Shown in pieces: positions 11,223 through 22,303 of a stretch of DNA of 64,000 bases. The notes under the pieces are model-generated. The model worked only from the letters and a program-made list of their open reading frames with translations, ran no database searches and had not been told where the DNA came from. The position numbers and the translations under genes are program-made. Each line of letters begins with the position of its first letter. Positions within the stretch are counted from its first letter, which is position 1. Source of the stretch: Monodelphis domestica (taxonomy: Eukaryota); the NCBI RefSeq assembly GCF_027887165.1, contig NC_077230.1:289142949-289206948 (forward strand). The letters run 5' to 3'.

Positions 11223-12952
11223 TTCATGAGGAGATGAAGTGGTAGTGTTGGAGGAAAGAAGGAGGCATGCTTGCAAAGGTAAAATCAACAAAACCTGGCC
11301 ATAGATTGGATATGGTAAGTGAGAGAGACTGAGGAGTTGAGTATGACATCTAGTTTTCAATCCTGCTTGACCAGGAGGATGTGGTAGCTGTTACAAGGGA
11401 ATCACTTTAAAAGACTGATATATATTAATTTAAGGTCGCCAAGGAATTCAGCTATGTAATTCCTAAATGAAAAACTCAAGTCAGCCGTCAGCCTTTTTTG
11501 GGGTTTAATTACAATAGGAGTAAGAAAGGAATTAGAGATAGAGAGAGAGAAAAATGGAGAGAAGGGAATAGGGCTTAAATACCCCTTCTGTTTAGGCTGG
11601 GCCAAAAGGCCCAAGCCCTTAGATAGCTGGGGCAAAGAAAAGAGATCAGTCCCTATTACTCACGTGTCCAAAATGGAGAAACAGTCTCAGAGGCCCCCAC
11701 CTTCAGCTTCCTTCAGAGCAAACCTTCTCAGAGCCCAGGAACCACACTGACCAAAACCTCAACCACCTCCTGGAGTCTTCAGACCCCCTATCTTTAAGGA
11801 AAACCAATCAAGTTCATCCCCTCAGTTCTCCCATCTACCAATCACTCTTCATCAATTTCCCTGTGCCAATGGAGGCTCTAGCTTAACCCAGGACCGCCCA
11901 GAGGTTTCTGGCTTTTGCACATGTCTGTTGAAGGTCATATTTTCAAATGATTAAATCTTTACTCCTTTGCTACAGCCCTTTCTAAATCCTGTTAACTTGA
12001 GTATGGTAGAGATTGGAATAATTAAATTTTGATCTAGGCTGCAGCCCTTACTCAATCCTATTAGGACTGAATAGGGTGGAGATTTATTCCAAGTATCTCC
12101 ATTGTATCAATTCTAAAATCAATCAAGACTCAAAGAAATTCCTGTTCTATGCTTAAGCATAGGTCAAAGTCTTTTCCATTGTTCAGCAAAGGGTTTCTGT
12201 CCTAAAGTAATCTTAAGAAGGGAAGAGAAAGAACCTCCCATGCCAATGGGGTTCCCATTCCAATAGACTATCAGTAAGAAATTTTCCAAGTATGAAATAT
12301 CCCAATGGTGAAATTTCCAACATTTATAAGTCTAAGGAAATTTGAGGTTTACATAGCCTCCATAGTAATAGGGAAGTTAGGAAGAGAGAAGGGTTTGGGA
12401 AGAAAGATAATGAGTTCTACTTAGGTAATATTAAATTTAATATGTCTATAGGATATTCAGTGCAAAATGTCCAATAGGCAGATGGAGAGGTGGAATGAGA
12501 GGTCAACACAGAGGTTAAGGCTGGCTAAGTAAATTTGAGAGTTATCAGTATGGAGGTGTGATAATTCAATCCAAGAAGATTGATGAGATCACCAAGTGAA
12601 ATGGTATAGAAAGAGAAGAGGGCCCAGAATAGATCCTTGAGGGACACTTATAGTTACGGGGTGTGACCCAGATGAAGGTCCAGTAAAAGTACTTGAAATG
12701 CTTTTTGGATACTTAAAGTATTTTTTTTTCTAATGCCTATGTTCTGGACTTTGGCTGTGACATTCATAGGATTTTTCCTTTTGGGAATTCCTTTCAGGAG
12801 ATAATCAATAGATTCTTAGTCCCCTCTGCTTCTAGTATATCTGAATACTTTTCTTCAATAATTTAAAAAAATATAGTGGTTATGGTTGTCAGGGAGTCCA
12901 GTGATCCTCAGATTATCTTTCCTTAATCCATCTTCCAAGTCAGTTGTTTTGA

Positions 12953-13150
12953 AAATCATTTATTTTCCTTTTAGGGAAGCTAGGTGTCATATAGATAGAG
13001 TGCTGGATTTGAGGTCAGGAAGACCTGATTTCAAATGAAGCCTCAGACACTCATTGGCTGTGTGGTCCTGGGCAAATCACTTAATCCCCTTTGCCTCAGT
13101 TCCTCATCTATAAAATGAGCTGGAAAAGGAAATGGCAAATGAATTAGGTC
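12953..13150 (+). mobile_element. tRNA/CORE type SINE (family B)
   Basis: ggaagctaggtgtcatatagatagagtgctggatttgaggtcaggaagacctgatttcaaatg...ctcatctataaaatgagctggaaaaggaaatggcaaat. Confidence 0.75.
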
Positions 13151-13254
13151 TAAAGCATGTGTACATTTTGACCTTTTTTTTGGTATATGATGTGAGATAT
13201 TGGCTTGTGCCTATTTTCTGCAAAATAGCTTTCTAGTTTTCCTGACAAATTTTA

Positions 13255-13690
13255 TCAAATAGTGTATTATTGCCCCCAAAGCTTGGATTTTTGAAATAGC
13301 ATTAAAATTTTTTGAGTTCCAAATTCTCTCCTTCACTCCAACCCCTCTCCCACTCATTGAGAAGGTAAGCAATAGGATATCCATTATAGATTCATGGTCA
13401 TGCAAAATATATTTCCATATTAGCTGCCTTGCACAATAAATAAATGAATAGATAAAACAAGAAAAATAAACTTCAAAAAGTATGCTTCAATCTGCACTCA
13501 GAATTCATCAGCTCTCTCTCTGGAAGTGGATAGCATCTTTCTGTAATGAGTCTTTTGAAAATTGCTTTGGATCATTAGATTGATAAAAGTAGCTAAGTCT
13601 TTCACAGTTGATCATTATTACAATATTGCTATTACAGTATATATAGTGTTTTCCTGGTTCTCTCCTCTTCATTTGTCTGCATTTTTTTTT
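13255..13690 (-). mobile_element. L1 3' end fragment (antisense) whose truncation point lies ~5-15 nt upstream of the acceptor of the PARP4 ATG exon
   Basis: 13290-13430 matches the antisense L1 3' terminus (aaattttttgagttccaaattctctccttcactcc...). 13490-13680 (ctctctggaagtggatagcatctttct...gtgttttcctggttctctcctcttcatttgtctgcat) is collinear with 61380-61560 (tctctggatgtagatagcattctttct...tgttttcctggttctactctttcactctgcat). Confidence 0.6.
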
Positions 13691-13702
13691 AACAGGATAA
13701 CC

Positions 13703-13828
13703 ATGGGAATGTTTAAAAATTACAGATTCTACTTGAAAGATGACAGTTTACAATACAAGCAGAAGAAATTCCTAAGAACTCATATTAAGAAAAATAATGG
13801 AAATGTTTCCTCTGTATTAACCCATAAG
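13703..13828 (+). CDS. PARP4: PARP4 start-codon exon (exon begins ~13696 after acceptor aacag; ATG at 13703 in strong Kozak accATGG); encodes MGMFKNYRFYLKDDSLQYKQKKFLRTHIKKNNGNVSSVLTHK
   Basis: Same length and pattern as human PARP4 N-terminus MVMGIFANCIFCLKVKYLPQQQKKKLQTDIKENGGKFSFSLNPQ (BRCT start); donor aag|gtatta at 13829; phase 0 into next exon. Confidence 0.82.
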
Positions 13829-14689
13829 GTATTATTAAACTTTATATCTTGAGCTTTTTAAAGTATTGAGAGGCTACCATAAGGAATTAAGAAATCATAT
13901 CATTTGGTTAGAGAGATGAACTGAAAAATTCAATTCTTTTCTGGAGAGGAATAGCACAAAAGTAAGGTAATAAATCAAGAAGAAAGCTGGAATAATCTAA
14001 GGGAAAAAAGACTTCTAGGACCTATTATTATCAGTCATTTATTAAACACCAACTATGTGCAAATACAAATACAAACAAAAAGAAAAATAATTTCTTAGCC
14101 CTCCAATTAGTTTCCAGTCTTACAGACTGTACAAAAAGATAACATAAAATTGGGAAACCAAAAAGAGAAAGTGGAGTTAAGAAAGGAAGTAAAGTCAGGA
14201 CATCAGAAACAGAGCCAGGTAAGAGCATGGCTGGCCAAGGCACTTCCTTAAGGGAAAATTCTGGGCAAGAATTCACTAAATATTTGAGAGAGCCGTGATA
14301 GTAATAGAGAGCATATAGAGTTTTAAGTTTTAATCAAAGCACTTTACATGCATTACCTTATTTGGTGATTTGACCCACCTAGTTGAAATAAAATGTTTAA
14401 TTTTAAACATATAGAAAATAAAAGCATGATTCTTCAAGTAATTGAATATGCAGAATAAGAGGCAAAGCTGAATTCTAGAGTTTCCTCTTTTGATTTAGCA
14501 AATAAACTTTTATATTTCCCTATAGCAAAGTTAGGGAAAGGAGACTTTGGAATCATCTTCATTATGTGCATTCAGAGTTGACAACAAAACATCCTGTTGA
14601 AATATGAGCCAAATATTATTAGAAATTAGCCTCCCCAAAACAGAGATGTACTGATCTCCACAAATATGGCTTCAAATCTTTAAATGCAG

Positions 14690-14960
14690 CTCTAATGTCT
14701 CTCCTAATGTTTAGTTTCTGTCACTAACTGCCTACTGTATCTTTTTACCTAGATGCACCAAACTCATCATGTCCAAAGCAATATTTCCCACTAAATTTCC
14801 TTTTCCTTCAAAATTCCCTCTTTTTTTGAGAGCACTCACCCAGGTTTAAAATCTCAAAGTCATTCTTGACTCTTCCATATACTATGACTTCTCATGTCCA
14901 ATCATTTGCTAAATCTATCATCCCTCCTAAGTGACTTCCCAGGTGCTTAAAGATCTGTAG
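14690..14960 (+). mobile_element. Family-C unclassified repeat, partial copy
   Basis: ...cacccaggtttaaaatctcaaagtcattcttgactcttccatatactatgacttctcatgtccaatcatttgctaaatctatc... parallels 16300-16420. Confidence 0.45.
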
Positions 14961-15701
14961 TGATAAGAACCAGTTCTACTTTTGGGCAGTTCTAGGTAGG
15001 AGACTCTTCTTTATATTAAAATAAATGTCATCCTGTTCTCATGCCAATTTAAAATTATATATGTAATTTAATATCTATAAATGAATTGTTAATATGCAAG
15101 ATATACTAAATTAATATAAATATTACATATAAGTATATAATTCATCACATTCTAATTTATGCATGTCTGGTTAATAAATATATAACCATTATAATAAATT
15201 AAGGATTATCTTTACCTTTCAAAAAAAAAATCTTTCCCTCCTCCACACTTCCCAGTTTCTGTTGAAGGTACAATTATCAAAAGGGAGTCTGAATGTACTT
15301 ATTCCTCATTTCTGCTTCCTTCAAACTTCAGTTCAAGTTTCACCACCTATGCAATGCCTTTCCCAAGAAAAAAATAGACAAGAATGACTTCAAAGTTGGG
15401 AATCTGGAGGACAAGGAAGAACTCATTAGCTCCCTCATTAGAAATGAGGAATTTTGTAGGAAAATGAAATTTGAAGAAAATGTGAATATAATATATAATG
15501 TAATATTAAAATTTCTTTTTATAGATTAAGATTACCTTTTAGATCAGAATATAATCAGAAATGGTATTGTTAGAGTGACAGGTTTCACTTCAATATAAAG
15601 AAAAATTGCCTGTCAATCAGAGCTGTCTAAAAATGGAATTGGATGCCTCAGAAAGTAGTTCCTCATTACTAGTGATCTTCAAGAGGATAACTACTCTTGA
15701 G

Positions 15702-15930
15702 CAGCTAGATGGTACCGTGTCTACAGTGGTGGGCCTGGAGTAAGGAAGACATGATTTCAAATGTGACCTCAATCATTTACTATTACTATTTACTATTACT
15801 CCCAAAATGGGAATAATAATAATTGCACCTACCTCCAAGGATTGTTGTGAATTCAAATAAGATAATTATAAAAAGTGTAACAGAGTGCCTGATACATAGT
15901 AAGAACTATGCAAATATTATCTGTTATACT
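15702..15930 (+). mobile_element. MIR-type SINE (tRNA head plus MIR core)
   Basis: gcagctagatggtaccgtgtctacagtggtgggcctggagtaaggaagacatgatttcaaatg...gggaataataataattgcacctacctccaaggattgttgtgaattcaaataagataattat...gtgcctgatacatagtaagaactat. Confidence 0.75.
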
Positions 15931-16194
15931 TTTTATTATTACTCTGTATCCTTTGCTGGCTAGCTAATCATGCCCTCTAATTGTGCGGTGTCCTCTAAAG
16001 TTCTATTGTAAGGCCCTCTTCATTTTTCCTAGTATACTCATTTTCAGAAACGTCATCAGCTTCCATGGGTTTAACTCTAATCACCAGGCAAGTAACTCAG
16101 ATGTATATACTATATATCTAGCTCCAGTAACATCCCTAAATTTCAGTCCCAAATCATCAATTACCTAATTGGGCATTTCAAACTGTATATTTCA

Positions 16195-17085
16195 GAGACA
16201 TTTCAACTTGAACATGTCCAAAATTGAATTTATTTTCTTTTCCCGAAATATCTTCCTCTTTCAGATTTTCCTATTTCTGATAAGGCAGCAGCATCTTCCC
16301 CCTGTCACAGGTCTGCTTATCCTCAGCTCCTGACTTTCCCACACATTCACTCAGTTGACACATTTTGCCATTTCTTTTCCATGAAATCTCCCCTCTACTC
16401 CACATTCCCACCTTAGGTTAGTTGAAGCCCTCCTCATTGGTCTCCCCAATTGTTTCGAATCTTTCCACTTTCTGTTCCATCCTTGATCCTACTGCCAGGG
16501 TAATTTCCCTTAGGTGCAGCTCTGACCATGCCGTTTCTCTACTCAGTCAGCTTGAGTAGCCCAGTTACCTCTAGTAACAAGTACAAATTCTTCTGTTTAG
16601 CCCTTCACAACATGGTCCCAGCTCCCTTTTCATCCTCAATGGCCATTACCTTCCCTTACTCTGATCTTAACAGGGCTTTTCTCTTTTTCACATACTTAAC
16701 AGTCCATATCTTGCCTTGGTACCTCTGCACTGGCTCCCCTTAGTCCCCCTTCCCTGGTTTCTTGCCTCTAAAATGTCCTCCCAACTCACCTTCACCTCAG
16801 TCCTATTCTGCTTTCAAACTGCAGCTTAAACATCATCTTATACATAAAACCTTTCCTGATGCCCTACAACTGCTGATGCCTTCCCTTCCAAACTACCTTT
16901 TATTTAGCTACTTTGTATTTACTTCATATTTATGCTATATATAACTTTATTTTTATCTTCCCCTTTACAATTAAGTGCCTTGAAAGTAGGGATTGTTCAT
17001 TATTTGTATTTCCCCCCCACCTCAAGTCCCTCATTTCCTGGAATGTAACAGGTATTTAATAAATGCTTGTTGAGTTATTAATTGA
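16195..17085 (+). mobile_element. Family-C unclassified ~0.9 kb repeat, most complete copy
   Basis: ...ccagctcccttttcatcctcaatggcc...ctgcagcttaaacatcatcttatacataaaacctttcctgatgccc...gccttgaaagtagggattgttcattatttg...ggtatttaataaatgcttgttgagtt; homologous to 1895-2765. Confidence 0.6.
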
Positions 17086-17515
17086 TAGGAGGAACCTAAA
17101 ATCTAAAATATGTTCTTTACCTTTTAGTTCAGATAGCCTCCAAAATTTCATTTGACACATTCTTAAAAATAGAACCATCATATCTGCATCTAAGACAGAA
17201 CTTCCTTCACTACCACCCTAAACTACTCCTTCCTTCTGGAGCTAAGAAGTTAATTCACTCAGTCAGACTAAGTTTACCTTGTGACCTAAGATTTCCAGTA
17301 GTGGTAGAATGACTAAATATTATGGTAGTATTTTCTTTTTGTTAACTTTTGTGTGTTCTAAAATTATTTTACTTTTAAAAGTTTGCTTTTTAAATTGGAG
17401 AAAGTCAACTGCAAAGTAATTTATAGATGGCTTTTAAAGGAGAAATGGTTAAAAACAACAAGCCAGGTTTTTATGAATACAAAATAGATTGAGTCTCCTC
17501 TAATTTTTTTGGTAG

Positions 17516-17717
17516 TGCACACATGTCATCTTAGATAATGATGCTGTTCTGAGTCCTGGCGAGCTGAGCACTGCCCAGAAGTATCATATCTCCATTGCAA
17601 ACATAGATTTTTTATGGGAGTGCCTCAAACAAGGAGAGCTCTTAAGTGTTGAGAATTACAAATGCAATGCATCGTCAGAAGTCACTCCACCTCCTTTTAA
17701 AAGGCCAAGCAGTTTCA
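17516..17717 (+). CDS. PARP4: PARP4 BRCT exon: CTHVILDNDAVLSPGELSTAQKYHISIANIDFLWECLKQGELLSVENYKCNASSEVTPPPFKRPSSF
   Basis: Aligns to human CTHIILDNADVLSQYQLNSIQKNHVHIANPDFIWKSIREKRLLDVKNY...PPP; acceptor ggtag|tgc, donor ttca|gtaagt; 202 nt, ends phase 1. Confidence 0.85.
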
Positions 17718-17887
17718 GTAAGTATTGTTATGAATATTCATTTTCATAGTCGTCATTGAGTATGTTCCAAGTGCCACCAAAAAAAACCAAAAACATTTGA
17801 ATTCTGTGTCAGAGGATTTTTGAAAACAAAGTTTGATATAAGAATACCAGTTTAATTTTTGTGACATTTGTTAAGCATGTGTTGTGT

Positions 17888-18095
17888 GGCAGATAAGTGG
17901 CAGAAAGACTCATCAAATTTGGCCTTAGACACTTACTGTGTGACCCTGGGAAAGTCACTTAACCCTGTCTGTCTGCATTAGGTCCTCATTTGTAAAATAA
18001 ACTACAGAAGGAAATGGGAAACCATTCTAGTATCTTTGCCAAGAAAATGGAGTCGCAAAGAGTTAGACACAACTGAAAAATGACTCAACAACAAA
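17888..18095 (+). mobile_element. Family-B SINE
   Basis: ...ggccttagacacttactgtgtgaccctgggaaagtcacttaaccc...ggaaatgggaaaccattctagtatctttgccaagaaaatggagtcgcaaagagttagacacaactgaa. Confidence 0.8.
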
Positions 18096-18436
18096 AATTG
18101 TGTGGAAATTGCCATACTAATCAATAGCAAAGATACAAAATGTAGATAATATAGCTATAAGATCCCTCTTAGAGTTTATAATTTAGTAAATATTAAACAT
18201 ATGTACAGATCACAAGATATCACAATACTTAAGGTAATCTAGAAATTACATATGGTAGCCATAAGAAATAGGGTCAAGAACTCTGTTAGAACTAAAAATG
18301 AATTTTAAAACTCTAATTTGATTTTTTGTTGAATTTTATTTTTTTAAGAAAAAAAGCCTATTTTATTCTCATCAATCCAACTTAAGTTAAATATTCTAAT
18401 TCACTACTGCTTAAATAAACTAATAATATTCTAGAA

Positions 18437-18880
18437 TTGTTAGGCAAGACAGTGGATCGAGTATTGGATGCAGAATCAGGAAAATCAGGTGTTTTGGTTT
18501 TTTTTTTAAACCCTTACCTTCTGCCTTAGAACCAATTTCTAAGGCAGAAGCATGTTAAGGGCTAGGCAATAGGGGATAAGTGACTTGCCCAGGTTCACAT
18601 AATTAGGAAGTGTCTGAGACTAGATTTGAACCCAGAATCTCCCATCTCTAGGCCTGGCTCTCAATCCACTGAGCTACCCATCTGCCCCCAAATTGTAGTT
18701 TAAATCCTGCTTCAGACACTTACTAGCTGTGTGATCCTGAACAAGTCAGTTAACTTTCCTGACTTAGTTTCTTTATGTCAAATACAGATAATAGCAACTA
18801 TTTCATAGGGTTGTTTGTGGGAATCAAATGAGATAACATTTGTGTAAAGAGTTTTGCAAATGGTATAGCATTGAAATTCT
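18437..18880 (+). mobile_element. MIR-type SINE, split by the family-A SINE at 18503-18690 (nested insertion)
   Basis: Head gcaagacagtggatcgagtattggatgcagaatcaggaaaatcaggtg before the insert, and ...gtttaaatcctgcttcagacacttactagctgtgtgatcctgaacaagtcag...gggaatcaaatgagataacatttgtgtaaagagttttgcaaatgg after it. Confidence 0.65.
18503..18690 (-). mobile_element. tRNA-derived SINE family A (antisense), nested in the MIR-type SINE
   Basis: tttttttttaaacccttaccttctgccttagaaccaatttctaaggcagaagcatgttaagggctaggcaatagggg...caatccactgagctacccatctgccccc. Confidence 0.85.
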
Positions 18881-19574
18881 TAAGGTCACATGAGGAAATA
18901 GATGACAGTATACCTACACTTTCTCCTCTTATAACTTAGATAAATCTAACAAAAAAGAAGTTAAGGAGATGAATAGGATTTTAGAAAAGTTAGGCATGAC
19001 AGGCCTCTGGAGACAATTGAATGGGAATAGAAAGGAATTTACATTTTTCTCAGTAGTACATGGCACCTACAGAAAAATTGACTATCAAAGCATAAAAATT
19101 TCACAATCAAATGCAGAAAAGAAGAAATATGAAATGTATCCTTTTCAGAACATAATGCAAAAACATTGTATTCAATAAAAGGATCATGGAAACATAGATT
19201 AAAAATTAATTAGCAACTAACAATCTACTTCTAAAGAATGAGTGGGTTAAAGAGCAAATTATAGAAAGTCAATAATTTTATTAAAAATAATGATGAGACA
19301 ATACACAAAAAGTTATGGAATGTGTCCAAAGCAGTTCTTGGGGAAAATTTTATATCTCTAAAAGCTTACATTAGTAAAAATATATCCATATTAATTTAAC
19401 ACATTTATGCATTGTACTGTTTAAGTAGATATATTCTTATAGGGTTTTTAGCATAGGACCATATGTTTTCATGATCTGAATTATCTGGGCTATTAATTAT
19501 TTGTCTATAGTTATCTTAGCAAACTTTTTACAATTAAATTATCTTGAATAGTAAATTTTTTTTTTTAATTCTAG

Positions 19575-19635
19575 ATGTGGAGGAGGACTTGCATAGTACC
19601 ACGGAGAATAATAAAGAGATCACAGAACACAAAAA
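19575..19635 (+). CDS. PARP4: PARP4 61-nt micro-exon (acidic linker N VEEDLHSTTENNKEITEHK)
   Basis: Acceptor ttctag|atg, donor aaaaa|gtaaat. It is the only exon between its neighbours that restores frame, carrying phase 1 in and phase 2 out so that the next exon reads ...IPHVPQDFEVAKY. Acidic composition matches human linker DSATEEEDTVELTEF. Confidence 0.65.
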
Positions 19636-20439
19636 GTAAATGCATTTCTAATCATCACAACTGTTTCTCTAGAGTTGGAAAAATCTTCTGCAAGTCTTAT
19701 GTAATTAACAATACATTCATCCAAAGTAGAATACTTATATTATTAGACTCTATAACCGAAGCTATCTAAAATGGGTCCCATCCAAATCCAAAGTCACCTT
19801 CTAACTTGTTTTCAGGCCTCTGCCTTCTCAGGTCTTCCTAACTGGGCCTGGAATCCTGGAGTCCAAGGTTCTCATGGTTTGAACTTATGGGCTAAAGACC
19901 CTGTTTTCTGCACCTAGAACTGAAAAGGATGAATGAAAAATGCCCAAAGGGCCTTAGTTGTGGGGACCTGTCCAGGTCAGAGATTTTAAGGGGAAAGGAA
20001 GATGGCCCTCAGGTATTTCTTTCCCCAGCTTGCTGCATGTTACCCTGCGGTGAGTAAATGCATCCTTTACCCCTGGACACTATTGGAAATGCAGAGATAT
20101 TCACCCAGTCAGGTAGTGTTAAAAACAACTAGTTCTAGCTATCAAATAAGTCCTCATTACCAATCAATGCAAAGAGGCCATTCCCAACTATGTGGTAGGC
20201 CAGTGCAGAATGTCCATGTCTCCTGTCTCACAGAAGCAAATTCCTGGTATCTCCCAGTTGAGGAAATCTGGACAGGTGCCAGACCCTATAACTACTCTTT
20301 TAAGAGATTTTGCTGTACAGACAAATGTTCGTTTCATGCTCTGTTTTTATTTAATGCCTTTTATTTGAAGAATTAAGGATTTATTTTATTTCCCAATATT
20401 CTAGAAAGTAGATGGAAAGAATAATAACATAGCAGTTAA

Positions 20440-20600
20440 TAGATTTGGATTCTAATCCTAGCTTTACCACTCTCCTTGTCACCACGAGTTACCTCAATCA
20501 AAGCATTTATTCTGTCTACACTAAATACTGGCATCCTCCTGCCAAAGGATTTTGTGAGGATTAATTTGAAGAAGGTTTCTTCAAAGCATACTATAAATCT
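20440..20600 (+). mobile_element. MIR fragment
   Basis: ctagctttaccactctccttgtcaccacgagttacctcaatcaaagcatttattctgtctacac...ggattttgtgaggattaatttgaag resembles the MIR core (...gggttgttgtgaggattaaatgag). Confidence 0.55.
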
Positions 20601-20642
20601 TTTACATAAATAGTGTATCAAAATTAATTATTTTAGCAATAG

Positions 20643-20690
20643 AAAAAGTAGTAGGAAGAAGAGGAAGAGAAGGAGGAGGAGGAATAATAT
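20643..20690 (+). repeat. Purine-rich (GAA/GGA)n tract
   Basis: gtaggaagaagaggaagagaaggaggaggaggaataat. Confidence 0.8.
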
Positions 20691-21390
20691 TATAATGAAA
20701 CAGTAGCGATAGGATCTGTGATTTCAGTGGTACAGAAACCTCCCAGGTGAAGAAACTCCTTCTACCAATGCAGAGCAGCATCTTGTCTGTAACTTAAGTC
20801 TTAGAGTTGTCTAGAGCAGTAAGTCACAAAGCTGGTGGTGTTAGAGGAGAAACTTTATCCAAGCTAAGTTTTTTCACTTGGAGGCCAGCTTTCTTATCTG
20901 TTAAACCATGCTATCTCTCAGTATAAAGAAGAAAGGACAAAATTTAGAATAAGGACTATAAATTAGTTTTTATTTCACTAAGACCAATTTCTTAAGCTCA
21001 TTTTATAAATTTTCATTCTATTTTACTTAGTATGACATTTTATCATGTAAGACTTCTCTCAGGAAAAACTTACATCTGTCCTATTCTATCAGATACAAAT
21101 ATTCATGCTGTTTTAATATATGAGGCAGGAATATGGATTATTTGGCAGTCTCACCATTGCGATAATGCATAAATGGGCACTAGGCAAAGGTATGATGTCA
21201 CTTATAAAAGAAGGAAGTTGGACTAGTTGATTTCTAAAGCTTCTTTCCACTTAAATAGGTTATGGGTCAACATATTTATGAGTGCATAAATCTACCAGAA
21301 CAGGAGTCTATCATAAAAATCTTGGATGATAATGCAAAATTTTTCTCAAAAACATCTTAAATGTTTAAGAAATTATTATTTAAATTTCAG

Positions 21391-21466
21391 ATTTTGTACT
21401 GAAGATGACAATATCCCTCATGTTCCTCAAGATTTTGAAGTTGCAAAGTATAGCATCCTGGAAAAA
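21391..21466 (+). CDS. PARP4: PARP4 exon: (K)FCTEDDNIPHVPQDFEVAKYSILEK
   Basis: Matches human NVEIPHLPQDFEVAKYNTLEK; acceptor atttcag|att, donor aaaaa|gtaaga; ends phase 0. Confidence 0.85.
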
Positions 21467-22189
21467 GTAAGAATTTAATTTCTAGTATGTGAAGTTAATA
21501 GTTTTAAAATATTTTGTTCAATAATTTTTCCTTACTGATTTTGAAGACATCAGCCTCCTCAGCTTAAAAGACAGATTTCATAAAGCCATGTTAAAATTTG
21601 GCCGCAATTGCACTTAGAAAAAAAGTTTTGCTTTTCAAAGTCAGCTTTCCACAACGGGAAATAGATATCAAAACACTGTTGCACTGGGGAAGGCTTGGGT
21701 CCCCTCTGAGACCTAGAACTCTCTTCATAATTTTGTTTTTTAAACTAGAACTGTGATTTCATCATGGTAGAATGGTCCTTTCTCTGTCTATACTGGTTGG
21801 CACTTTCTCTGTAACTTGTAGTCTCAGAGAACTATCTGAGGCACCAAAAGGTTCACTTGACTTCCTCCCATATCTCACCACCAGCTGTTATCAAATTCAG
21901 TCTTTAAGGCTAGGTTGGATTGACTCCAGACCAGTATCACTACTCACTCCTTGGTGCTCCTAGGTCTCTGCCCCATTGCCTTCTCTCTTTCTCCTTATCT
22001 CCATTTGAAAACTATTTTTAGCATTCCAGAAATACAAAATTGCTACACAGAGATCTACAGCAGAGCCAAACCAAGAATTCTATGTTGAATAAAATTCTTT
22101 AAAAAACAGAAAGTAAATATCACCTTGTAGTTTTCTTAAAAGGACCCCCAAAAGTGACAATCTAGAATATCATACTGTGCCTTTTCCAG

Positions 22190-22303
22190 ATTAAGTCGGA
22201 GAGAGACAAAGAAATTGTAGTGGTGGAATTGCAATGCTTCCAGGACCATCCTGAATTTTCTTTTCTTGTATCTGCGAATTTCCTGCTGGCAGGAGGAGTT
22301 AAG
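22190..22303 (+). CDS. PARP4: PARP4 exon: IKSERDKEIVVVELQCFQDHPEFSFLVSANFLLAGGVK (alternative donor 6 nt upstream at 22297|gttaag)
   Basis: Matches human VGMEGGQEAVVVELQCSRDSRDCPFLISSHFLLDDGME. Acceptor ttttccag|att; donor aag|gtacag chosen because it keeps the length equal to human. Confidence 0.78.

Noticed and set aside
13703-13828. The possibility that the ATG exon itself is exonised antisense L1
   Set aside because: Only weak, gapped similarity exists beyond 13680. The encoded peptide matches the ancient PARP4 N-terminus in length and pattern, so the exon predates the L1.
17531-17534. An alternative acceptor tcttag|ataatg for the BRCT exon
   Set aside because: It would delete CTHVIL, which aligns to human CTHIIL. 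The upstream acceptor at 17514-17515 is supported by homology and by phase.
20002-20376. A 124-aa ORF on the + strand (MALRYFFPQLAACYPAVSKC...)
   Set aside because: It is intronic, with no recognisable domain, no splice-compatible boundaries linking it to PARP4 exons, and frame-incompatible flanks. It is probably chance or a decayed repeat.
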